A stretch of 63,777 nucleotides of DNA, counting the filler, from Atractiella rhizophila (taxonomy: Eukaryota), in NCBI GenBank assembly GCA_021432655.1. It is 5 parts of 4 records of this genome, joined end to end, with 100 filler letters (N's around TTAATTAATTAA, not from the genome) between each part and the next. Parts side by side here need not be neighbours in the genome. Positions count along the whole stretch, not along the records: positions 1 to 26,672 come from MU271466.1; positions 26,773 to 54,392 come from MU271466.1; 3 more parts are not named here. One strand, 5' to 3'. The position numbers were made by a program, and so were the translations under genes. The notes under the pieces are model-generated. The model saw only the letters and a list, made by a program, of their open reading frames with translations, did not search any database and was not told the origin of the DNA. Numbering within the stretch: the first letter of the stretch is position 1; each line of letters starts with the position of its first letter. Below are positions 23,732 to 38,258 of this stretch, in pieces.

Positions 23732-24963
23732 TTACAGTGTTCAGCTCAGTTTGGCCTAGAAATTTGCTGGGGAGTTTCAACGAGGGTCGCGCTGTCACCG
23801 CTGGATAACAGGCTTTATAAATGTTCTGCAGCGCGCGGGTGGTTCGAGCGACGGGCTCAGGGCTCAATGATTGCCGAATTTGAAATTAGTTGGGCTAACA
23901 AGATTTGTTGTGGAAGTGTTCAGCGCTGTCATTGCTCTTCAGTCTGCCTTCTGCGAATGGGCTAAAGCGATTCCAGAGACTCATGGAGTATTACTCCAAG
24001 TTGAAACATACCTCCGCTAAGTCAAGCAGCCAAATCACCAAGCTCGCCTTCGAGCATACCAGTGGTATCAGATGTCACCTTGCGGTTCTGTTGGACTGGT
24101 CGTGGCTCTCCTCCCCTCGGCTAGGGATTACGATTACGAACCTTATGGGTGTCCTTTGGCATCGTGCAGCCTTGAATGGTATCCAACGGACTTCAAGTTC
24201 AGCCATACGTAAGCAAACTTCTTGCAGGGTTGTCCCAACGGATGCCCTCCAAACAATCGTGCTTTTCGCAATTCGGTGACCGTCGCGCGTCATCGCCGTC
24301 TGCAGCAGCACCACATAACAGTAGCTATTTTTTGAATCACTTGCAGACATGTTTCTCTTTTCTCTTTTACTTTCGCACTTTCGCTTTGCTAAGGCGACTT
24401 TCGTCATCACGATCATGTTGCACGTTTCCTTTGATAAAACTGCCGCAACTTTGAGCCTTTGGCGCGATTCTGAAGCGAGACCCCGGCGGATGGAAGAGGA
24501 GCTAGTTGACCTTGCCCGAGTTAGATGAATTGGCCTCCCTGGATATAAAAGGCCATTCCTTCTGTTTCCCTCGCGCTTCGCTCAGTACACCAGGCAACAC
24601 GGGGTGTCATGTCCTCTGTGGTCGATGAAACAAAACTTGGATTGATTAAAAGCACTACAGGATCCACGCTTTCCTTCCATATCCCCTTCCAAATTCCAAC
24701 CAAGCCAGCAAGAATCCTCAACAGTCCATGTTGAAAATGACGGACGAACACGAGTGGTTCAGAACGGTTTGATTTAGGGCAAGAACGATGTACAAGTTGT
24801 TGAACAAGAAGACGGACATGTATCCTAATGAGAAAAGCAACAGACAAATTGAAGAGCAGAACAAGTTGATAAATAAGGAAATCGTATCAATGACCCGTGG
24901 GTATCTTCTTTTCTTCCTTCTCTTAGACGTCTTCCTCTCAAGTAAGAGAGGAGCATAATTATC

Positions 24964-26672
24964 TCAGCCTCCCCAGCCCTGCAGCAGCAAGGCACCGCCG
25001 ACGCCTCCCTTCCGCCCCCCAAGATCGATCTTCGTCCAATCTTCTCCCTTCGCTATGGCCTCTTCCATTGCCTTATCAAAGTCTACGACTTCGTCGGACT
25101 CTCCCGTGAGGATTTGGATGGGTACACGTGCGACGTAAAAGCCATTAGGGTGGGACGTGGTGAATAATGTGATCGAGAGGAGGTGCTGTAATCCTCGTCA
25201 GTAATGCCCCCTGAGGACGGACAAAAGACAATTGGAGGAAACAAGACAAGGGCAAGGGAATAGGGGAGGGATTGTCTCACCTCCTTCTCGATGTTTGGTG
25301 TCCGAAAACTGATCCCTGTCCTCCTCATGGGCTCCATTTTCCTCGCGGTGGCCGCATTCCAATCCTCAGTCTGTAATGGGATCCTCAAAATCGACTCCTT
25401 CGCTCCCCTTCCCATCTGTACCTCCAACCCGCCTTCTATCGGCGCTCCCTTCTTCTTCGAAGGGCTAGGTGGGGTTCCGAGGAAGGAATTCGACCTCGAA
25501 GGCGTTGCGCTCGTATTCGTGCTGATCGTCGAAGGCGTCAGATGCCCATTTCCATTCATCTTCCCTCCATCCGCTGGCAGAAGGGTAGTTTCGGTGCGAC
25601 GGAGCTCTTCAAGTTCCATCCAGCCCCTTTCGTCCCTTCCACCCCGGGTCACGGTGCGACAGGAGAGCACGGCAACGGCTTTGGTGACTGTCACGCTCTT
25701 GATCTTGTCGGACGATGGCGGCTTTTTCGCGCTGGCTGAAGGTGGAGGAAGATAAGTTAATCGGATTGGCACAGAAAGGTGCGAAAGGTGACGAGGCAGG
25801 AAGAACGGCGTGGGGAATGTTATCTATCGTCACGAATTTCACCTCCAGCTCCAAAAACGTTGAAAGGGACGTACCTCGATCCTCAGGTTTCCGACCGTCT
25901 TGCTCAATGCTCCACTCTTCACAACAACCTCCTTCGCGTGCGTCTCAGTCTCCTGCACTCCCTCGCTCCCAACGAGCGTATCTTTGCCTTTTCCCTTGCT
26001 CAGGCTCAAAAACTTGCCTTTCGCCTTCTCGAGCGCCGTCTGCCCTCCTGCAGAGTGGGGGGACGAGACGATCCTGGTTCCAGCAATGCTACTCTCCTCC
26101 CTCAAGTCCCTCGCGAAACAATGAGGAATCTGTCCATCTAGCAAGCCATTTGCGGTTTGGGATGGGCTGGTAGACGGGGAATCTTTTCCGTTCGTCTTCT
26201 CCTGCTTTGGCGCGTCCGGAGGGGGGAGCGGAGGGTAGAGGGAGAGTATGTGTTTAGTGTCAGGCAGGAAGGTGAACGTCTTTCTGGTGACAACAGTCGT
26301 CTTAGCGGGTTGGAGAAATCCACGTGGATCAATCTCGTCCTTCTCCCTCTCACTCTCGGGCGGAGCTGGGCCAAGCTGTTTGGTCGGTCTGCCAGTAGAG
26401 ACGAGGACGTCGACGCCTCCGCCTTCGATGATCCTCGACTTCCTCTTCTCCCTTTCGCTCTCTTCCTTCTCAGGATCCACGATCCTTAACACGGCCTCGA
26501 CGACCCACTCTACGCTTCCGTCCCTTCCCTCCCTATACGTCGGGGGCGGTGTCCTAGGAATCCTCGCCAGCTCCTGGATTGTCGGATGGAGATGAGAACG
26601 AGGGGGGATAGATTGGATTGATCCTGGAAGGAGGGTGCCCAGGGGGACAATGAACGGTATGCTCGTACGCTC
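24964..26672 (-). CDS. Hypothetical protein, arrestin-like fold suspected; 5' end lost in the gap
   Basis: Spliced ORFs containing TPPPTY..GSVEWVVEAVLRI, RKTFTFLP and SFRTPNIEKEYLLSITL, a pattern seen in fungal arrestin-like proteins. Runs into the N linker. Confidence 0.55.
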
Positions 26673-26772
26673 NNNNNNNNNNNNNNNNNNNNNNNNNNNN
26701 NNNNNNNNNNNNNNNNTTAATTAATTAANNNNNNNNNNNNNNNNNNNNNNNNNNNNNNNNNNNNNNNNNNNN
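26673..26772. other. Artificial assembly linker (44 N + TTAATTAATTAA + 44 N)
   Basis: Six-frame-stop spacer, identical at four places in the window. Confidence 0.97.
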
Positions 26773-26914
26773 GCCACACGTCATGTCAACTCAACTACTA
26801 CGAGGCTTGTGATAACACATAACAAATTGCGGATCCATAGTTCTGCCTCTTCAACAATGCCTTCTATAAAATGAAGCATCCTAACAGAAAATAGCTGAAT
26901 AAAAGTAGCACAAA

Positions 26915-28664
26915 ATGAATACCAGCGTCACCACCCTCCTCTCCAGCGCCGCCTCCTACTTCCCGACCTGGGAATCCCTCCCACCATCCACCAAGCGTTC
27001 CTACTTCCTCACAGCCGCACAGGCCATCGAGAGCAACAAAGACTGGCGAGACAAGGCTCGTGAGCTCATCAAGCAAGAACTAGGCTTTGGCGATCTTTGG
27101 ATTGACATCAACTTCTCTGCCAGCGTCTCAGCTCTGCGTGAAGCAGCTTCGATATGCACCGGCGTGGGAATCACGTATGTTCTTTGCATTCATGTTTTGA
27201 TCTTGCTGAGAGCTGCTTGGCTAAAGTGGGACGAGCATGCGGAGCTCAAAGCCGGGTGCGAGGGTCGTACAGGAGAGGAGAGCTGCAGGTTGGTCTTGCT
27301 CTCCTTGAACCAGAGTAAATCAAAGCTGATGTCGTGTCAAAGGAGTGGCCTTTGGAATCTGTCCCTGGAACGCGCCACTTGTTCGTCCTCCATCCACCTT
27401 CGAACCTAACCCGCCGCATAGCATCCCCCCACTGAGACGAGAAATCGCAGAACCTCACCATCCGCGCCTTCGCCATCCCTCTCGCAACGGGTAACACCGT
27501 CGTCCTCAAATCCTCCGAGCTCTGTCCGAAGACTCAACAGCACCTCATCGACCTCCTCCACTCTCCCTCCGTTGGAATACCGCCCGAAGCGCTCTCCATC
27601 TTCCACTGTTCTCGAGCGGAGGCGCCTGCTCTCGTCGAAGAGTGTGTGAGGCATGAAGCGGTGAGGAGGATCAATTTCACCGGGTCCGCCAAAGTAGGAT
27701 CGTACGTCGCCTCCTCTTCAGCCCTTCAGTCTCTACAACCGAATCCATCCCAATGGAAGACTGACGGAAGAGGAGGGACAGGATAATCGCCTCCCTCGCG
27801 GGCAAACACCTCAAACAAGGAATCTACGAGCTCGGCGGCTCAGCTCCCGTTCTCGTCCTTCCCTCCGCCTCCTCCAACATCCTCACCGTCGCACACGGCA
27901 TCCTCACCGGCGCACTGCTGCACAGCGGACAGGTTTGCATGTCCTCGCCCCGCGTCTTAGTGCACAGCTCCATCAAACAATCCTTGGTTGATGAACTAGT
28001 GAAAGGATTCAAGAGCGTGGAGGGAAAGGGTAAGTTAGGACAGTTGACGATGACAGAGCATGAGGAGAGGGTGAGAGGATGGATGGAGGACGCGGTACGG
28101 AAGGGGGGGAGGATGGTCGTTCATGGAAAGGAGAGAGGATGGATCGTCGATCTTGATGACGTACCTGTAGAGAGGTTGAAGGAAGTTGAATCGTGGAACG
28201 AAGAGGTTTTTGGACCAGGTAATATTTCTCTTTCCCCTCAGTATGAGTTCCTGACGCGTTCGAAATTGAACCCGACCAGTCATCCATCTTCGCTCCTTCA
28301 CCACCACCTCCGAAGCCCTCGACCTCGCCAACTCCTCTCCGTACTCGCTATGCGCCGCCGTCTGGTCCTCAGACGTTAACGAGGCCCTCGAGGTAGCCAG
28401 CTGTTTGCGGGTGGGGACCGTCCAAGTAAATGGGGGCACAGTCCATGTAGAGAGCGCGAATGGAGTCGGCAACATGGGTTTAGGGTCCGTTTTTCCTCCC
28501 TAGTATCCGAGGATGATCATGAGGAGCTGATTCTTTCGAAATGGTGGGTTGTCGGATGTAGTGGCGCTAGTGGATATGGCAGGTTCTGCGTCGACGCGTT
28601 CACAGATCTTAGGACGGTCGTGATACACCCAAAGGAAGATAGGTATCCTTTTGTCGAGCATTGA
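26915..28664 (+). CDS. Aldehyde dehydrogenase (salicylaldehyde/vanillin dehydrogenase-like), multi-exon
   Basis: ICPWNAP, GNTVVLKSSE, INFTGS, ELGG, SGQVCMS (catalytic Cys), EEVFGP and SGYGRF motifs. Exact start uncertain. Confidence 0.9.
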
Positions 28665-28795
28665 AGTTTGTAAATCTAATTGTACCTCATTTCTGTTGTA
28701 CTGTATACGATTGCGATTATACATGCTAAATTCCCTTGCATCAGTTCTTTATGCCCGGGCATTGGAGACAAGAAATGATTAATGATGACAAACTT

Positions 28796-30132
28796 CTATA
28801 TCCGCAACCCAACTCCCATCCTCTTCATGAATACGCAAGCAACCGCACCGGCCGCCAATCCTCCCAGATGCCCCCCAGTGTCCGTCCTCCGGTTCTAATG
28901 AGCGTGAGGCGGGGACCATCAGCATCGCTCACGAACCATCGGAGGAAGGAGGAACTTACAGGTCTGTTGTACCCATCGTAGATCTCATATGCCGCCAATC
29001 CGATGGTAGCGAGACCAGCAGGGACGGGGATGAAGTAGATGTAGATTGGCAGTCGTGGAGCGAAAACAGAGGACCAGGCCATGATGCCCATTATTGCTCC
29101 TATGTCACATTCACAAAGTTTGTCAAAAACGAACCCAGCGTGCATTTGTCGAAGAAACGAAATCGGCGGCAAGACATACCAGATGCTCCGTGAGCTCCAG
29201 CTGTTGGTGCAGACCTTCGGGGATTGTTGTAGTGCTGCCATGCCAGCGACGATGCTGAACCCACGAGTCCCTTCATCACAAGTTTCACCGTGAGGTGACA
29301 AAAGCAAAGTTTGCGAGCAAGTTCGACCTACAGAAGCTAGATAAACGGACAGGAAGGCGGCCGGACTCAAGAGGCGCAGAAGAAAACTGGAAAACGACCA
29401 GAATCCGAACATGTTGAGGAGGAAGTGCATGCTCTCTTTTTGAGAAAAACAGCAGGTTAGAAAGGTGTGTCTATCCCGTCACATTGTTAAGATATCATTA
29501 TACCATGTACAGTGCAAGGGAAAGGAAAGGTAACTTACATGCGACCTTCTGAAAGATTCCGAGGCGAGAGAATGAAGTTCTTCGCCATGAAAAGCAGCTG
29601 CTGAGGATCCCCTTGCTGATAACTGGCTTCTGCACTTTGCCAGCTGAGAAATATCTGCAGAAGGAAATCGGTAAGATTCGGTACCAGGCAGCCAAATTTT
29701 AAGGCAGGAAATGAAAATAAGTTGCAGTGACCGACATCTGGTCGTCTCCAGCCATTCTTGCACAAAAGTCAAGTAAAACAACTTGAAGAGCACATATTTC
29801 ACGAGAAGCAAAAGGAAATGATTGCAAATGGGTGAAATAGAACACACCACAGTATTGGCCCCAATGATACCCCATAAGACGGTCTTCCCTGTCTTATTCA
29901 TTTCAGGAATAGGTCTCCAGTTCGTTCCATCTTCTCCACTACCGCCATAGGTCCTTTCCGACGTTCTCGAGCTTTTGCTCAGCTCACGATGGTAACGAGC
30001 CCTGAGGAAACGAGGTGGAGAGGTGAATAACGAACGGCGGGGAATTGAATGGATAAGCAGCGTTTTGCAGTGACCCACGCAGGTGCTTTGAGGGATATGC
30101 CTGCCCACAAGAAGACGAATACGGCTCGACAT
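28796..30132 (-). CDS. PCP1: Mitochondrial rhomboid protease (PARL/Pcp1-like), multi-exon
   Basis: Arg-rich presequence, HFLLNM motif, GASGAI catalytic Ser and GHLGG catalytic His. Confidence 0.88.
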
Positions 30133-30226
30133 GGTGGTGGTAAACTCCGACGAGAACTTGACAATTTATGACGCGGCCGTCTACTTCTGTTTGAAGGAAT
30201 AAAGAAGGGTATCATAACGATGTTCC

Positions 30227-30297
30227 GGACTAGTGGTGGAACGGTATCATAACACCCTTCCAAGGTGTAGTCGTGGGTTCGACTCCCGCCTAGTTCA
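30227..30297 (+). tRNA. tRNA-Gly(TCC)
   Basis: 71-nt cloverleaf: acceptor stem GGACTAG/CTAGTTC + A73, anticodon arm acacc-CTTCCAA-ggtgt, T-arm GTTCGACT. Followed by a T-run Pol III terminator. Confidence 0.93.
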
Positions 30298-30413
30298 TTT
30301 TAAGACTATATTTTTTTGTTGTCCAACACCACAGAAGAAAAGTGACCAAGCATGAATGAATAGATTCAGATGTTTAGTTTACATCGCCGTCAAAAAAGAC
30401 CGTTGAACAAAAA

Positions 30414-30484
30414 TGAATACTGCGGGAGTCGAACCCACGACTACACCTTGGAAGGGTGTTATGATACCGTTCCACCAAGTATCC
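30414..30484 (-). tRNA. tRNA-Gly(TCC)
   Basis: 71-nt cloverleaf with a body identical to 30227-30297 but acceptor stem GGATACT/AGTATTC. T-run downstream on the minus strand. Confidence 0.93.
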
Positions 30485-30680
30485 CGATGCTGTGGAAAGT
30501 GGAGAAAATATCATCATATCCAAAATTTTATTACCTGCGTTGTACTGTTTGACTCTCTCAATCCCTCACAATTGCCAATACCAAGTCTGGTGGACATTCG
30601 TTATACAATTCGTGTGCACGTACAGAAGACACAAGAATGGCACCCTTTCTTCATCCGTCAGGACAGGAGGCAGTTTGACG

Positions 30681-32850
30681 ATGCAGTCTTGTCGACGGTG
30701 CCAGGAGCATCGACTGGAATGCCAGCGACCAAAAGGGCAGGTATCGCGCCTTCCATGCCAACAATGCAAATTATCAGCGGATATGTACTTATTCAGTTGC
30801 TGTTGAAACTCATCTGATGATGCCGCTCCCAGCTGTGAGATGGTATTATCGACGGGAGGTAGGAGGGCTGGTAGCGATAGCGCTAATCGCTCAAACATGC
30901 GTTCTCGCAATCATGTCACACGTCGTAGAGGTATCCATCACACCTACAGTTTGCAACCCACGTCTTTGGACGCGAGACTGGGGCAAATACAGCGTGGATT
31001 TGCATTGGGAGCGCATCTATTCTCCTGTGAGTGTTGACGCAAAGACAGGATATCCCTGACCAGTATCGAAGTGACAACAAACGAGATACCTCTCAATCTG
31101 GTCGGTCCAGTCCAAGATGTAGACGTTTCGGCGGCATCCTGGTTCGACTACTGGAACATTAAACTTGACCAATTGCCAATTGATCCTTACATTGATCTAT
31201 GGTATAAATATACCTTGGCTTGCGCTGCAATGTGGTCAGCTCATTCAGTGTGTTGTCTAAACCTCCACATCCCGAGTTAACATTGATAGGGAGTTAGGAA
31301 ATATTAGGTTCCACGCCATTTCTCCATTTGCCACAAAGGCTATTCAATGATCAGAAACTCGATTTACGAGCCTATGGTCGACGGCGTGAAGAATCTTTAA
31401 TGGTCTTGTCAAACGACTGCCTGCATTTCGGACTTTCGCACGAGTCGCCGCTCCACACAAAAACCACCCAGTGCCTTGCAGTTCTTCAGAAGTTCTTAAA
31501 CAGTTTCAGCGTTTCTACAATAACCAGGTTCCAAGCTCGCTCCCTGGTGAAACTCGCCCTTGAAACCTTCGAACACCTTTGGGAGAAAGCTGATGGTACT
31601 CAGCGCCACCGTCTCTCCAGAGGGGCATTCGGAACCATCATAACATCCGATCTGAAATGGGCTTCTGTCCATGGTGCCCCACCCATCGTTCGTATCAAGC
31701 ACATCAGAAAGTATTTCAATTATAAAGAGTATCCTCTTAGATTTTTTGAGGACCCATTGTTCTTCAAGCCAGAGAACCTGTCGAACGATCTTGAACAATT
31801 CTCAAATGCTCGATGGGGCCACTTACTTCTCTGGCAAAGGTATGTGCTTATGGCCGGTTAGTGGTTGATTGCCTCGTCATAGGCATATCAGTGACGATCC
31901 TACAGAAGAAAATTTCACGGTCACCTCTCAAGCAGGTTTAGAAGATATCTGCCGCGAATTGTGCACTATCTCTCAAACCTACACTTCTTGGTGGAGGTCC
32001 AACTTCTCCTTCATTGCAATACCGGATTACTCACAAAAGCAATGTCCACTGCTTAAGGGCCCTATCGGCGAGGAAACAAGGTGGATTTCCAACATTTTGC
32101 TCATGGAGCACGAACGAGCATTATTTTGCTTTACCAGCTTCATGATGAAGGTTCAAGAACGTTTTCCGTCGAATGCGACACTCAATAAAATAGCAAAAGA
32201 GGTGCATGATCTCTGTCACGAGTTGATATTACATGTTCTCGATTGGCTTCACCATTCAATCAAGGCACATGAGCTCCTGAACTCCCCCATTCTCTTTGGA
32301 AGCGTGTTGGGCGATCTTCGCCCAATGGCCTATCTCGACTTCTTACCTGGTGGTTTCCGCTACTTTGCTCGATGGTTGGCGTGTAACAGTCCACTGGTCA
32401 ATGTGACGGATCTCAAAACGTGAGTAGTTAGTCCAATCAGTGTAGTCTGAGTGACATAGTTCAACGCTACGACAGCTACTTTGAACTCAACAACCATGTC
32501 AGCTGGGGAGTCAAAGCTGCAGCCGAAAGGAGTTTCGAATTTGCAGCTGAATTGAATTTGCACGTTCGTGCTTTGACTTCTCCGTCAATCTGCACTAACT
32601 TACAACCTTGAAAGCTCGCTAGGCATGGCGGTGTGCGCCATTCTCTACCACCAATTATTTTTGCTGATAATTACCGCTATGAATTCAGCAAGTAGGATCT
32701 ACCCAGAGAGCAAGCTGCGAACAAACGGGCAACGGCCTCGCAGAGTTTACAACAACTTTGGGACTCTTTCTTGATGTCAAAAATTGGCGAAGTAACTCAC
32801 CGTCACTTTCCGACTTTGAGCAGACGCTTTCCACTATCATTGAAGGCTGA
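30681..32850 (+). CDS. Zn(II)2Cys6 binuclear cluster transcription factor, multi-exon (ends approximate)
   Basis: CRRCQEHRLECQRPKGQVSRLPCQQCKLSADI|C = C-x2-C-x6-C-x12-C-x2-C-x6-C once the intron at ~30786-30832 is removed. Downstream exons are helical and TF-like. Confidence 0.75.
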
Positions 32851-33136
32851 AACGTTGTAATTGCCATTATTCTTGGTGAGCTGACACTCGCATAGACCTC
32901 CATTAGTTTCTAACTGATTTAGCAAACTCGGCTGAATCAGCACATGTGTGATATCGTGATGATCACAGGCCAGGCTTTATTGCAAGCACAAGTAGGCGCA
33001 AGTGGCACTTTATCCTAACATCCAAAACATGTTTAACAATCGGTGCATAACTTTCGGAATGCAAGATGATACAGCCAATCTCGTAAATCAACGGATGAGT
33101 TCAACATACAATACACAATATTGATAATCAACGAAA

Positions 33137-35374
<2,238 letters not shown>

Positions 35375-36346
35375 TTTCACAATGAAATCGAATGCTGAAT
35401 GTGGACGTATAAGGAAGGGGGAAATGGGGCAGGATTATGAAGGCATGATGGATGAATGTCGGCTCCAGATGAGAGCAGGTTATGCCGCTCCTAAGGCATC
35501 GATGGAGGGTTCGCATCGATGGAAAGATTCAACCGAGTCGGAAAAGTGGGTTTAGACATCTTCGCTGTTCACTCCAACTCCATATCAAGCTCCTGATGAC
35601 CACTGTGGCAGAACCTCTGCGCGTTGTGAGATACCTTCTCCCATCGCACAATGCTGGACAAGAAAGCGCACAGTCTCAAGTTTAGTCTAAGCCCCCCATT
35701 AACTCCCGAAACATGTCCCATACCATCATAACATATATCACGACATAAATTTATTCGCTGAAGAAATAAAACGGGAAAGCTGAGTACAAGAAATTAGCCG
35801 ACAAGCGGTGGTTCATTCAGATTCTACTTCTTTCAGGTTCTTTTGCACCACCACACGGAGTAAGCATAAGCACCGACCTAATTAACTCCAGCGATGTAGA
35901 TATGATCATAGCAGCTGTAACTAACAGGTTACTGAGGTTGAGAGGAGGAGCATTGAGGGAAGGTATTGAACACTGACAGGGGCTATATGTAAAGAACTTG
36001 GGACTTGAACTAATACCCTTATCTCATGTCCATAGTTTGTTGAAAAAGGGTGTGTTGTTCTTACTCGAACTCATGGATATGCTAGTGGAAGTACATAGGA
36101 GAGAGAATGTCTATTACAAAGAAGCTCGCTTTAATTGGTGTGCTTTGGCGTTATGGAGGAACATAGACATGACCATTTGCTGCAATTTTTACATGCCGAA
36201 GGATACGAATATTTGCACAAATTTGGTGTCCTAGGATATCGTTTTTGTGGCTTTTCACTGCTATTCTGATTGGGTAAGGTGCAACTAGGAGCTGTGGCTG
36301 TTAAGATCTAGTATAAACAACTCTTGCTCATTCTCATTTTGCATAG

Positions 36347-36704
36347 AAACTGTGAGAACCTATTCAGAAGAAGCGCTCTTGCACAGACGTCCATCTCACG
36401 GTGCGCATGTCGAGAGAAAAGAACAATCTGAAGTCCTCTGACTCTGACGCTGCAAAAAGGTTTTCGAGCCACAGCTGGTCGGTGCCTCGTTGGATGTTGA
36501 CAGCAAAAGCATCAATACCTGCGCCTATCGTCAGCTGATATGTATCTGTCAGCCGAGCGACATCGCAACCAGAGCTTTGGCTTCTTGAACATCCGTTAAA
36601 GCGTGAGAGTACGTTGTCCCTCCAGACATATAATGGACGTAGACATCCTTTAGCTTTGCTCGAGTTTGCGCCAGCAGAAGGAAGAACCAGAAAACAATGA
36701 GCAT
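36347..36704 (-). pseudogene. 5' part of a GH71 alpha-1,3-glucanase (signal peptide and first exons), inverted relative to the rest of the gene
   Basis: Signal peptide MLIVFWFFLLLAQTRA followed by KDVYVHYM, GIDAFAVNI and FRLFFSLDM, the hallmark GH71 N-terminal motifs. Confidence 0.8.
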
Positions 36705-36891
36705 TGTGACGTTTTTAGCCGTTCTCTGTCGGCGCACAGACCTAGAGATGAGATGCTCTTTTGAATCACTAGCACCCGGAGAGAAGATAGAAGATATTAT
36801 TTCGCTCCGTCCACATCTTGGAGACCATTACCATTCATGTCTCATCGGGAAGTGAATCGGAGCATAGCCCAGGCCACTCCTGGCCACTCAA

Positions 36892-38094
36892 TCCACAGTT
36901 GAGGCCTATCTTCCTTTCCTGAGGCAATACTTTCCTCAACAGCGTATTACAAGCACGACGATCGCCCGGTCATCTCTTCGTTTCGGGTGCTACGCTCGGA
37001 AATGATTATTGGACTAACTTCCGCAAAACTTTGAAGGACGAAGGTGTTGGAGAGGTGTATTTTATCCCTGACTTCCACAACTATGTTGGCGGTCCAGATC
37101 CTCAAAATGGGTTCTGGGATAAGTTTACGAGTGTGGACGGGATGTTCAACTGGGAAGTCTGGCCATATATTGAAGAAGGACTCGTGAACGTGTCAACGAC
37201 AACGGACCAAAAGTGGTTGGATGGAGCTAGAGCGGCCAAGAGGAGTTCATGATGGTCCGGATTTCACACTCTTTTTGTCAAGAACTTAGATATCACGCAG
37301 GTATGAGCACGTTCCAATTCAAGCACATTGACGAAAGCCAGAACTGTATAGGAGAGGTGAGGTGACTTTCGCACTCAGGATGCTGGACCTTCAGCCTGAC
37401 TTCGTGGAAATAGGTGAGTATCCAATGAGGGTCTCTGTCGCTTACACTAACAAGCTCTAAATGGGGTAGCCACTTGGAATGACGCAGACAAGAACGTTCC
37501 CTTTCCAACAGCCTTATGCTGATCATTCTGAAGGCGAGTCGCACTACATTGGGAATATCTGGCCGGAATCTATCGCGGGCTCCAGTACGTGACCATTTCC
37601 TATATGGAGAAGTTCTGACCTCTTGATCAGATTTCAGTGATTGGACCAATGGCTTCTCGCACAAAGCTTGGCAGAATCTCCTCCCCTCATTGATAAATGC
37701 TTTCAAGTCGTCATCTCCTGCATCGGGAATGCTTCCCACGAATAATGCTAGAGTTCAAGGCGCTTTCTGGTATCATCCTCTCCTCACCACCTTAGGCTGC
37801 ATCGACGATCGTCTGGGTAAACCTGACGGAGTGGAGAATACGGAGGATGCTGTGAACATCGCCCTGATTTCGAGTGAAGACGGTGGAACTGTGAGAGTGT
37901 TTAGTACGGATTCTATGATCTGAAGCTTTAAGCTAGTGAAAAGCCTCAATACATTACAGGCGAACGGACTGAAGTCCGGAAAAGTACAAGTGTTGAGCGA
38001 GGACGGATTGCTGCTTAATGAAGTGGAAGGCGCAGGAAAGGTACTGACAGAGATGGATATCTGCAACTGCAACTACTATGTCGTTGAGCTGTAG
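36892..38094 (+). pseudogene. 3' part of a GH71 alpha-1,3-glucanase, frameshifted
   Basis: YYKHDDRPVISSF, VYFIPDF, DGMFNWEVWP, FQFKH, QPDFVEI, TWND, ESHYIGNIWP, HKAWQ, GAFWYHP and NYYVVEL* motifs. At least four 1-nt deletions and an in-frame stop near 37921. Confidence 0.82.
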
Positions 38095-38258
38095 AGATCA
38101 TGGCCAAATTCCTATCTTAGGTAACTAATAATATTTTAAACGGGTTCCTTGCCTTGTTCTGTCCCATATCACATTGCAAAAAATTTGGGTCATGGTCTTC
38201 ATTTCTAGGTACATCTCTATCATCGTCAAAGAAGAATCCAAATCGGTCGTTGCACCGT

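Noticed and set aside
26673..26772. TTAATTAATTAA palindrome recurring four times (also 54393, 60462, 62163)
   Set aside because: Artificial six-frame-stop linker inside N runs. Genes are truncated at it, so cross-linker gene neighbourhoods were not interpreted.
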